Assembly (NCBI RefSeq): GCF_004010195.1
Contig: NC_057728.1
Span: forward strand, 45,417,419-45,481,418
Length of the DNA stretch: 64,000 nt
Direction of reading: 5' to 3'
From: Chiloscyllium plagiosum
Taxonomy: Eukaryota
Shown: one piece after another, positions 50,951 through 62,900 of the stretch
Layout of the letters: each line of letters starts with the position of its first letter
Position numbering within the stretch: position 1 is the stretch's first letter
Notes under the pieces: generated by a model
What the model was told of the DNA's origin: nothing
The model's input: only the letters and a program-made list of their open reading frames with translations
The model's database searches: none
Position numbers and translations under genes: made by a program

Positions 50951-52949
50951 TCTCAGTTCCAGGATATCACTCTCAGAGTAGATATTTCTAAGCAACCTGT
51001 TCAACGATATTATGATAAACCTCCAGAGCAGGGTGGGATATGAACCCAAGTCACTTGGCCCAGATGGAGGGACACTACCACTGCACTGCAAGAGCTCTCA
51101 GTTCCTCAGAGTAGTGTGCATGCCCCAATCATCTTCAGCTCCTTTGTCAATGAACTTCCCTTCAACATAGTTTCAGAAGTGGGGCTGTCTTTGCTGACTG
51201 AATAACATTGATTACCATTCATAATTCCTCAGACACTGAAGCAGCTCGAGTTCATACACAAGTCCATCTATCTTTACTGAGGAACAGGATACTACCAAAG
51301 CAACATGAAAGATGAGATAGTCAAGATACTGGATGGGCTAAAATTGTTGGAAGAAATATTAATAAGTCTAGTATATTTAAAATTAAACCAGTTGCAGCTG
51401 AGGTTACTAAGGAGTGTAAGGGTGGAAATAGCGGAGGTGCTAACCATAGTCTTATAATCTTTGTTCTATGACAGGATAGTTACAGAGGATTAGAGAATTG
51501 CAAATGTTAAAATCTTGATCAAAAAAAGGTATATGATAAGCCCACCCATGACAGGCCAATTGTTGGGTCAGTAGTTGGAAAGCTTTCAGAAATTAAAAGC
51601 CTTCCATGTCTCTTTGAAATCCATTAATATCACAATGCTTCCAGGTTTTGTGTCATTAGCAAATTTTGAAATTATGTTCTTTAATCCAAATTCAGGTTGC
51701 TAGTTTAGATTAAAAGAAAACAGTGATCTTAACACCATTCCTGGGAATCCCCACAATATAACATTAAAGAATGATTGCAGCATTGAAACAAACTATTTAG
51801 CCGAGCATGTCTTTGCTGGCTCCCATTGATTATTTCTCCAAAAGAAAACTATTTTTCATCATTACCCTCCACTTCCTCGAACTCAGACAATTTTGTATCT
51901 ATACTACATCTGTCTAATTCATTCCATGGGTTTCAATTTCGCTGACAAGTCTGTTATTGGTACCTTAACAAATGCCTTTTAGAAGTCCATGTACGTCACA
52001 TCAGCTGCATGGCTCTCATCTTTCTGTTGCATCATTAAAAAACTCAAATTTGTTAACTTTCCTCTCACAAATTTCTTCTGGTTTTCTTTAACTAATCTAG
52101 CATTGTCCAAGTGACAATGTTTTTTCTGCTGAATGGGCGGACTCATGACAGATGAAATTTAGAGAAGTGAAATGTGAATTAATATATTTAACTGAGTTTT
52201 ACTAGAATTTGACTGTACCAATTTTGGCCAGTTTCATGCATGTTTTCCCTCCATGTGGCATAGTGGGAATTTCTTGTGCGGGCATCCCAAACTCACCTCA
52301 TTGCTATGCAGCACGCCCCTTGTCATGTTTGTCACCTCGTCCCATTCATCACAAGCAGAAGTATTCACCATTGCCAGAATATCCCGGAATTACCAATGCC
52401 ATCTCTAAAGCCCAGCTGTGCACCCAGTGAAGCGCTGGAAGTCTGAAGTTGCTCTTGATGGTGCGCATAGTGAGAGAACATTCAAAAACAAATGTTTCTG
52501 AGGGCACACAGCTGACACTTCATTGCAAATGCAAGTGTAAATTTGTACATCTATTGTCACTTAAGAACCAAGCAACACGGCTGAGAGGTTCTTAGTTTCA
52601 GCTTAGAATCATGTCTATGGAAGTTTCCTCAATGTCTAACGTATCTTAACAGCTTCTCATTGTTATGCGTGGGACTATTACATATTAGAAATCCTTCAAA
52701 CGTTTCAGAACATTCACTTTTATTCAGTGTAAACAAATAATTTAAAAAATACAAAAACTGTACATGCCTCTGGTGAAAAAAAAATGATCGATTGCCTTTT
52801 TGAGTGGAAACAAATTTACTATCACTGAATGTTCACTACACACAGTTAATGGCTACAGAAACTGGGTAACAATTAAGTCCTGTTTGTTACATTTGATACT
52901 GCAGTTCTTTATCATGCAGAAGATGACATTACTATTGCCAAACGTGCTC

Positions 52950-53800
52950 ACCTTCTCCATGGAAGATTGCTGCCACATCCCAACCCTTCACTTCCATCAC
53001 TTCTTCTCTTTGCTTGAAATTACAGTTGGCTAAGATTATGTGTCAAACTACCTAGTGTGTACTGCATATTCCCACCACACCCGCCAAATCCACCCCTAAC
53101 CCATGACCAATCCAAACATCAGGACCTCATCTTCAGGGAAAGTCATCTGCTCCACCATGGCTCTGTTCAGAGAATAGACTACATTGTATCGATGTCTGGC
53201 ATCAGTCAGGGATTTGCATTATGGAGCCATTGTTGCATGGGGTAGCCCTTCTCACCTGATGATCATCTTTGTAAAGGCATTCAGCTCTTGAAACAAAGCA
53301 GGTTTGAGAGTGTCTAAGACATAGGCGTTATGACAACTCCCAGTGGATCAGATGCCAACTTCTAAGATGTGGTACCAATTACAGATGACTGGCATGTTGA
53401 TGGAATGGAACCATTTTCTATTGACAAAGTCAGCTGAGTTATGATATGGCACTGCCAATGTGTACGTTACACAGCACTGTACATTTGGGGAGCCGTCGGG
53501 TATGTTGCCAAAGCATAGTGCCCGTGATGCAGCATGGGGAAAAGGAGATGGAGCGGTGTGATCCAGCACAAGCTGCATCAGCAACAGCCTTGATACCTGT
53601 GTGGGTTGAAGGTAATGAGTTCCTACCCCTGCTATCATTAGATTCTTTGGTCATAACTTCAATGAACCTTGAGCTTATCAGAAACAAAACAGGTCCATAT
53701 GAAAGGTGCCAGTGCTCTCCAAAGTTCAGAAATGAAGTGCAGAACTGCACTCAGAGTCAGAGATGTGCCATGAAGATACACTGAGGTTGGCATATGTACA
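52950..53800 (-). mobile_element. PIF/Harbinger DNA transposase fossil
   Basis: Minus strand: GSPNVQCC (cf. GFP.V.G.ID), FVNRKWFHSINMPVICN (cf. NRKG.HS.N.Q.VCD), GSCHNAYV (cf. PGS.HDA), GEKGYP at 53239-53256 (cf. GD.GYP), in the expected order. Confidence 0.75.
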
Positions 53801-54394
53801 ATACAAACGTCCATGGATGAGATATGTGTACAGTCGCTGTGAAGCACTCCTTGAATTATTAATGACTGATGTCTAAGCTAAAGGGCCAGAGCAGCAAGCA
53901 GTGAGCTGGAGTTGTCAGGTAACTGCTCTGATCTTAATGTAGAGAATTGTCAATGTCTAGCTTGCATCTAGCTGGTGTGAAAATGGGAGGGTGAATATAA
54001 ATGATGTGAAATGAACTAATAATGAAATGTGAGTATAAGCTAAAGCATGAAAATAGACTTCCACATTCACCAGCGAGAAACTCCTCTCCCTGTTCAATAT
54101 TGGTTGGTAATGCTATTTTTGCTCTCCAGATGGGAAAGCTCCTCACTGCTGATCTTCCCAGCTTTTTACCCACACTGTTCAGAGGTTGAGAGGATTCCAC
54201 CATTGTAGAAGGAAGAATTTAAAAGAGATAATAAGGGATTTACATGAATAGTTAATTGACCCACGTTCTCAACACCTTTAATTGGAACAACACTTTAAAG
54301 TGCATGTTGTCAAAACATAGTGCCTGTGCTGCAGCATGGGGAAAGGAGATGGAGCAGTGTAATAATAAATGTCTTATTTTGAGTTTTGACCCAT

Positions 54395-54738
54395 GAGTGG
54401 CATGGTGGCTCAGTAAACAACACTGCTGTCTCAAAGCGCCAGGGACCAGGTTTCGATTCTACCCTCAGGTGATTGTCTGCGTGGAGTTTGCACATTGCCC
54501 TGTGTCTGTGTGGGTTTCCTCTGGATGCTCTGGTTTCCTTTCACAGTCCAAAGTAATACACGTTAAGTGGAATTGCCATGCTAAATTGCCCATAGTGTGC
54601 AGGTTTGGTGGATTAGCCATGGGAAATTACAGGGATAGGGTGGGGGTAGTGGGTCTGGCTGGGATGCTCTTCGGAAGATTGGTGTGAATGTGATCAGCCA
54701 AATGGCCTGCTTCCACATTGTAGGCACTCTATGATTCT
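54395..54738 (+). mobile_element. HE1-type SINE (longer variant)
   Basis: ggcatggtggctcagt...tgcgtggagtttgcacatt...tggcctgcttccacattgtagg. Confidence 0.85.
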
Positions 54739-54839
54739 AATTTTCGATAGTAGGCTGGAGGAGACGGACCTGAGGGTATATATACAATAAGTAGTCAAAA
54801 TGACAGGGTAGGTTGAGAAGTGTCTAATAAAATACACAG

Positions 54840-55410
54840 ATCCTAAGCTTTCTAAATTGTGGCAAAGTGCAAAAACAAGGAAGTTATGGTGAACCATTAT
54901 AAGACATGCAATTGGAGTAATGCATCCAGTTCTGAGCTACACATTTTAGGGAGAGTATGTGACGGGCTTGAGAGGGTGAAGAGAAATTTTACAAGATTGG
55001 TTCTTAGGATGAGGGACTTCAGTTACAAAGATAGATTGGAGAAAGTGGTTTTATTATATCCTTAGAGAAGGTGGATAGGATGTCTCATAGAAGTGTTCAA
55101 AACGATAAAGCCTGGATTATGGAGAGAGAAATGGTTCTCATTTGTGGAAAATAGAGAACTAGAACAACTAGAGGCAACAAAAGGAATTTTTTTATGTAGC
55201 GTGTGGTTAGGATTTGAAATATGTAGTCTGAGATATGGAGGAGATAGACTCAATTGTGATTTTCAAAAAATAATTGGATAATTATCTGAAAGGAATAAAT
55301 TGTGGAAATAGAGAAATGAATTGGAATGGGACTCTCTGAATTACTCTTGCAGAAAGTATAGATATGCAACATGAGCATGATGGACTATATTGCTTTCTTC
55401 TGTGCTGTAA
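54840..55410 (+). mobile_element. Old CR1 LINE 3' fragment
   Basis: EVMVNHYKT...LERVKRNFTRLVLRMRDFSYKDRLEK. Confidence 0.75.
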
Positions 55411-56009
55411 TCGTTTGCACCATACAGGGTTTCAAACTAAAGGTTATTGTCAACACATTGAGGTGACTAACAATTAGCAACCAAGCTTTGCTTAAATTTT
55501 AGACCTTGACTCTGATTGGTCAAGGCATTGGTCTGAGAAATGGATCTTAGAATGTTTGTTGCTATTCATTCTATCTGCAAGACTTGGCAGTTAACTGTCT
55601 GTCATCTTTAAGTGGTACATTTTGAATGGCAATGCCTCTACCAATCAGAGTCTTGCTAACCAATTAGTACTCTCCTCATATAAAGTATAAATGTTGTTTG
55701 CCCATTGCAATGGTCATTTTTAGGAACAATCTTGTTAAGTGGAAGGTGAAATGTTTTGAAAAAAATATGATCCCATGACTCTAAAACTTTTTAAATCAGT
55801 ATGTAATGTAAGGTGAATGCCATGCAAAACTAAAAATAATATAAAAGATATTTATTACCTCTCCTGTAACATACACTTTACATTATTGGTGCAAGGGGTC
55901 AATGAAGCATGAAAATAAATACCCTTGATTTATAATGTTACAGATCTGAGATATACAAATGTAGCAAAGTTTAAACTTTAGAGAAATGTAATCTATAAGC
56001 GTTATTAGA

Positions 56010-56368
56010 GAGAAGAAAGTTGAGAGGTGATTTAACGGAGACAGAGAGGATGATCAGAGGATTAGATAGGGTGGACATAAAGCCTTTTTCCTCAGATGGT
56101 GATGGCTACCACGAAGAGACATAGCTTTAAATTGAGGGGTGACAGATATAGAACAGATGTCAGAGGTAATTTCTTTACACAGAGAGGCGTAGAGGCGTGG
56201 AACGCCCTGCCTGCAACAGTAGTCGACTCGCCAACTTTAAGGACATTTAAATGGTCATTGGATAAGCATATAGATGGAAATGGAATAGTGTAGGTTAGAT
56301 GGGCTTCAGATTAGTTTCACAGGTCGGCACAACATTGAGGGCCGAAGGTTGTAAAGTTCTATTTTCTA
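56010..56368 (+). mobile_element. CR1 LINE 3' fragment (different subfamily)
   Basis: HSFKLRGDRYRTDVRGNFFTQRGVEAWNALPATVVDSPTLRTFKWSLDKH. Confidence 0.88.
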
Positions 56369-57521
56369 TTGAAAGAACTGGATTCTGTTTATGCAGAGAG
56401 AAAATTCAAGTTAAATTGGTGAGGGAGAAACAGGGGATATTTGTCAAAATTCGTAAGCATAGAAATTATTTAAATATATTTTTGTGTGGATCAATGTCTC
56501 CTTCAATAAGTTTTTGGCTTGTACAATAGATAAGTGCTTACTGTAAGTGTTCAAAAGGCAATAGCTTGATCTCCCCTGTGGTGATATCACAATATGTTAG
56601 AGGAAATGGGGGTGATGTGCCTCCTTATCACTGTGGTCTCCTGGAGCTTCTTTTGGCAATTAGGCATTTCCTATACTTGCGATTGCGTAAATATGTCCAA
56701 CATTGCTCGTTCTTCTCCCAGCACAGCCTCAAACCACCACCACCACCTCCCAGGGGCGTATGTGGGCTCTGGTGAAGGAGGTTTGTTACAGGCTGCGATA
56801 ATGAGGGATATGAGAGTATGATCCTTAGCTAAACCACAACAATATGGGACAAACTTCGTGACCAGTATGTAATTTTCTGTTTGTTATTTTCAGATGGTTA
56901 CAATTCTGTGCTGTAAAATCTGATTATTAAGTGAATTGAGTTTTGCTTGTGTTGTAACTGAGGAGAAAATTCACATTGAAAAAGGTTTATGTCATAAAAT
57001 TAGTGAATACTGAAAGTTAAAGATATCCAACATAGATGACTGGCAAGCAGAAAAACCACAAAATCTCAATGATTGAGAAAAGTTGACAGATGAGTTTTAT
57101 CAAGAAGTGGTTGTACTAAAACCTTCATATTGGTCTGGATTTTGTGGTGGGCTTTTGACAGAAATCTGTCAGTATCCATCAGCATCACCTCTTGAAATCA
57201 GCCACAACTTCAGGAGCTCGCTTAAACTCAAGTCAATGCAGAGATCTTGAAGCTACATTCAGTCATTCACTCACAGTCAATGGGACAAATCACCTTCCCT
57301 CCAACTCAACACCTTTCCAGAATCAACAGTGTGGGACTTTAGCTGATGTGGTGAGAACCTCCTGTTTTTCCAAATCTAAACATTTGCATCTTGATAAATC
57401 AGGTATAACTGAAGTCTAATTCTTATGACCTTTTTTGGTTCCTTACGTCCAGGTGATGTTGAGTTTCTCCAAAGAACCTAGCAAATCTCCTCGCCGTATC
57501 CTACCTAGCATATTAGTTAAA

Positions 57522-57655
57522 AACCAAAATAACTGTGGATGCTTTAAATCAGAAACAAAAACAGAAATTGCTGGAAAAGCTCAGCAGGTCTGACAGCATC
57601 TGTGGAGAGCAATCAGAGTTAACGTTTCAGGTCGAGTGACCCATCCCCAGAATTG
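57522..57655 (-). mobile_element. Short element, family B, with hammerhead-like motif
   Basis: Minus strand AATT-CTGGGGA-T-GGGTC actc GACCT-GAAAC-GTT-AACT, followed by the family tail. Confidence 0.75.
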
Positions 57656-57660
57656 CTGCT

Positions 57661-58028
57661 GGGGAGGCGATGGTCTAGTGGTATTATTGTTGGACTGTTA
57701 ATCCAGGGATCGTGATAATGTTCTGAGGACCGATGTTAGAATCCCACCATGGCAGATGGTGGAATTTGAATTCATTAGAAAAAGAAATCTGGAATTAAAA
57801 ATCTATTGATGACCATGAATCCATTGTCGATTGTCAGGAAAAACCCATCTGATTCACTAATGTCCTTTAGTGAAGGAAATTGCCATCCTTATCTGGACTG
57901 GCTTACATGTGACTCCAGACCCACAGCAATGTGGTTTAACTCTTAACTGCAATCTTAATAATTATGGATGGGCGACAAATCCTGGCCCAGCCAGTGATGC
58001 CCATATCCCATGAATGAATAAAAAAAAA
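57661..58028 (+). mobile_element. tRNA-derived SINE (second family), full length
   Basis: A box tggtctagtgg, B box gttagaatccc, tail ctggcccagccagtgatgcccatatcccatgaatgaataaaaaaa. Confidence 0.85.
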
Positions 58029-59858
58029 TGAAACTGCTATCTGTGGCTGAGTGGGTAAAATGCCAAAAAGCAATGCAAGGCAGAATGCTGCGAGTATCAG
58101 TGTAGGCTCAGAGTGGTTAAACACTGTGAGAGCAAGCAAAGATCTCAGAAATGCAGCCTGGTCCAATCCAGGAGCTGGGTGCATGTCTCCAATGCACAGA
58201 GTCCTTGCAGTAACATTAAAATGATTTTGCTGCTGAAGCTCAAGATGCAAAAGTGTCCTGTAAATGGATTGAAGATGTGTCATGAGGGTTTTTAGAGGGT
58301 GGCACATATTGGGTGACAATGTCTGTAGATGTGAGGCGTACAAGACCAGTGCCATTGTGCGAGCCCTGTGATGTCAGCATCCGGTGTCCAACATGTAGAT
58401 CATTCAATGAAAGGACCGAGCTGAATTTGCCAGGTACCCGTTCTAGATTTCACGTTGAGATTTCATGATGTCTAGCATGTTTGTTGAGTTTGGTAAGATA
58501 CAAGTTGAAAGTGAAAGAGATGAGTTGGCTCCTCAACAAAGCATGTAACAGGCAATAATCCTCCTTAAATGACAACTTTCCACTGCCGTGAGAAACTTGC
58601 CACATCCCTTGAGGAAGCATATAAGGTGTAGAAAAATGCTCCTGATGTCAGGATGGGCCTTGCCATTCTTCTCCTCCGATTCTGCCACACATTGTGCACA
58701 TAGCCCATGTACCTCAGATCACTATAAGATTCTGGGCTGTGTTTTTAACCATCATCTGAATAATAATAATTGTGAAAAATTAATCCAGCCCTGAAAAAAA
58801 CCTGGTATTTGTTGAGTATTGGCACAACCAGCAACACCAGGAAAACTTTGCTGTTTCCTTTTAGTTACTCAAGTGTTCCAATTTAAAGACAAACAGCAAC
58901 GTTTTAATTTTCAACAAGATCAAAGGTAAATTTATTACCTGACTTTTTCTGCTGTATGTTACTAAGTAAAGAGTGATATAGTTCTTAGCTAAAATACAGT
59001 TACAAAGATTAAAAGTATGGATTAAAGATATTTACATGAATGAAAATAAGATCAGTCTGTTGTCATTATACCTAGCTTGCTCGAAGAATTCTTTTTCTGA
59101 AGTGAAGGTGTTGAAAGTGATGTCAGGATTCATGAGCAGTGATGGCTCCTGCGACAAAATAGTTTGTGGTTGCTTCCAGAGGCGAACCAATGAGAACATG
59201 TTTTGGTGGAATTTAAAACTCCTTTATTTCACTTTTATAGCACGGAGGGCTATGTCTCTTGATATTCTGGTACAGTACAATAGTCATTTAGCTAAGTTCT
59301 TACTCTCCCTTTTTCTGCTAATGTCTCTTAGAGTTTTTCTTGTTCTACCAAAATGGTATCTCAAAGCTCATCATATGCAAAGGTTAAGACAATTGTAATC
59401 CCCAAACAGTTGTACCAGGCCCCATTTTAGATAACAGATTCATCTATCCTTTTTTGGTCCAGATAATTAACTTTCAACTATCTCAGCCATCAGTTTGTTT
59501 GTTTCTTAATGTCAGGTTCCAGTGAACTAGGATAAGTTACTCACACCTCAAGGAAAACCACTGTCAAGGAGTTTCTGTTTATCATTGGAAATATTTATTG
59601 AACTCCAAGTGTTCTCTTCTTGAGGTAAATACAGTGTTGACTCAGTATCAGCTCAATCCACAAAAGTTATTTTATAGGTTTTGATGTCTATCCCTTTCAA
59701 AAAAGACTAGCTTTTTTTTACAAAATATATAATCTTTTAATTACACAGTCTTGATAGTAACTGTTAAAATTATTTACTGTATTTCTTAAACAGAGTTTTC
59801 AAAATTACTATTCATAGTATTTTAACTTTTATTTTTACTCTTTGTCTAGGTCCCAATT

Positions 59859-59892
59859 GTCCTGAAGAAGGGCTTATGCCCGAAACGTCGAT
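59859..59892 (+). ncRNA. Minimal type-I hammerhead ribozyme motif, best-preserved copy
   Basis: CTGAAGA (59862-68) A GGGC-TTAT-GCCC (59870-81) GAAAC (59882-86) GTC (59887-89). Predicted cleavage after C59889. Confidence 0.72.
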
Positions 59893-59954
59893 TGTCCTGT
59901 TCCTTGGATGCTGCCTGACCTGCTGCGCTTTTCCAGCAACACATTTTCAGCTAT
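59861..59954 (+). mobile_element. 94-bp non-autonomous family A insertion starting at the hammerhead
   Basis: TSD gtcccaattgt at 59850-59860 and 59955-59965. Body matches 49543-49630. Confidence 0.88.
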
Positions 59955-62900
59955 GTCCCAATTGTTACTAGATAACATTTTTAAAACATTCGATTTCAGC
60001 ACTTTGCCTTTTGTGGTAGTTGTCAGTGAGAATTTTTGCTTGCCTATACATATAGCTCTATGATATTTCTGAAGCTCCACATTGGGAATCCCCATTTAAG
60101 AATGCTGCCTTCCATTAAACAATAAGAGAAAATAAATTTCTCATTACAGAGATGGCAAGATCCCTCCGTGAGGCCTTCCCTGAGATTGGGGTGAGCACTC
60201 TTACTTCACTGACTCACCAGAAAATCCAGGCCATTATTTTCTACCTCTTTCAAGAAGTCTCACTATGTTAAAGATGCATTTGTATACATTTGTCTGTTCA
60301 TATATATTGAGTGTCTGTTCAACTACAGGATTGTACATGAACAAATCCTGTTGAATTATTAAATAAAGGCAAGGCAATATGTAACTTCGGAAGAGAGCAA
60401 AATTTATAAGAATTCTAAATAAAACAACTGCATTTTTGCTGCAGAGAAGTCATAAACAATCATTGCTGCTACTCTGAACAAACTTTCAGGCATAGTATTA
60501 TCTCCAATGATTTATCAAGAGGACAGCATCAGGCTTTTAATATTCTTTCATTGCAGGGCTTTGCATAACTTAATTTTCTTTCTTTTCCTGATTCATTCTA
60601 CAATGGAGACAGTGAGACCAAATAGTTTTAAATAAAACCATATCTTCAATACAATCAGGCTAAATGAATTATGTCAAAAATATAGAGACACCTGGTTCTA
60701 GTTAAAGAAATATAATATTTGACTGCAATCAACTCATTCCATTGGCATCAGAACCAGCTGATACAACGCCGACTGGATTCAACAGAGCAGTAAGGCATGA
60801 CCATATTCACAGTAGGACTCCAGAGCACAGTTCACTAATTTAGAACAGTTGCAATTCCCTGAATGTCAAAAGACCTGGGCTGTTTTAGTTCAAAGATGCA
60901 AAATGTAATCGACTAAAAAGGGAAGATTTGTCCTTTATAACGTTTAATACTAAACAGAGTAATACTCAGTGTCCCCATGCTCTCCTGACTTGAGGTTGTA
61001 GTCTCTAAGGGAGCTCATTGTAGTTTTGCATTACATTCCATCATAATGTTGAAGGAATAACTGTAGTGATTGTCTTCCTTCTGGAACTGGACTTGGTGGA
61101 TAAAATTAGATGAAATGATGGGGTGGTTTATGTACAGTGTATGTTTGCTAGGCAAGAAAGACAGGACTGTCATCCTGGGCAGCCTGCATGCTTTAATCCA
61201 GACTGAGTAAATGTCAGGTAACAATTTAGCCCAAAGTTGGCTAACCTTGGGTTTGTGTTTAAAATATTTATTGTGCAAAAGAAATGAAGTTTCGCCAAAG
61301 TCCATTAAAGGTTAGTAACAGCAAATGCTTATTCAACAGTAAGTTATGTGTTTATGAGCATTCTTTTCTTCTCACTTACTTAATATTTGAAATATTAGTC
61401 ATGATGAATCATGTTATCCTTCTGTTTTTAGTGTTTTGAGTCATGGCACCAATCCCAGTAAATAGAATTGAGAGAGGAAAGAAAGAATGGTCACTTTGAG
61501 AAAGTGTTCTCAAGTCTTGGCCACTCAGCTCTTATTAGTTTTAAGGGGCTAACATTGAACACTAGACATATCTTAACAACACAGTCATGTCATCATAATA
61601 TTGTCACTGAGTTGGATGCTTTCATATTTCCAATAAAGCTCATTTCATCTATACAGGTCCATCTCAATACTTTACTTCCCCAAGGTTTTCAGCCCATTCA
61701 TGATTAAAATCTTCCGCCCCATTTCAAAGTTTATGTTAAAATAAAAGTATGCTTGTTATTACAATGCTAGTATAAGTAAACTTACTGCATACATTTAGTA
61801 ACTACTAATGATCATAGATGAATGCTTTTTGCAATGAAGGATAAATGTTGTGCTAAAATAGTTTTACACCATTATTTCATTCTCCCCAAGTCAACAAACA
61901 GTAATCAGAAGAGCATTGAACAGTTTGAAAAGATATAATCCAGAGCGCAGCTATGCAAGATCTTGGCAGAGCAACATAGTTAAATCAGTTTCTGGGTCAC
62001 TTGTGTATTTCAGAGAATACACAGTCAAAGAACTAGCAGGATTGAATAAAACATGTGCAGACATTCTGGCAACTCCTTTCAGATTCCAGAAGAATATCGA
62101 GAACGTGATCAAAAATAAGTGACTAATTTTACAGAATCCAGAAAGATACAAATCATTTCAAACAGCTGGCATTTTTTAATAGATCTGCCCATGTACCGTC
62201 AGGCAAAATATGGTCTAAAGGCTGGCAAGATCCTCAAACACTAAGAAAAGAAAAGTATCAGAAAGGGGTGTTTGAAGTAAGGGGGCAAGTTGAATTTCAT
62301 TCGGAGATTTGCTACAGTTGACAGCTAATAAAGAATTTGCTGAAGGCTTTCATTATGCTGAAAATAGTTTCTAAGTTGCTTACTTTCTAAGTAACACAAT
62401 TCAAACACACACAACTTGCAAGAGGGATATAAAATAAAATTAATTTCCAGTTTTCATTTCAAAAACTGAAACATAAAAAGCTGACTGATAGCCACAGGGC
62501 AGAATGAGATGCATGCGTACCTTTGGCTACTTTCATGACATTGTATACTATTCAATAATAACCGTCCATTTCCAGGCCTTCACTTTGTAAAATGATTTAA
62601 ATTAGAACATAGAGTTAGTTGATACCTAAACCACAAGTTATTATGATTTTTGTTGGCGTCAGCAGAAAACACACATGTAACAATATATCTGTTCCACAAG
62701 AAATCATCTGAAATTTCTAAAGAGTACTACAAAAGGTTTAAAGGGACAGATGACACAGATTAATTTTATGAAATGAAGTCGATGCAAGCTGACAGAGGTT
62801 CAAGCAAAGTATTAAATGAATTCATTCTGATCAGATATTGTATTGTATCACAGGGAAACAATGTAAACTGACACTTAAACAGTAGTTAACCACAATTCTT

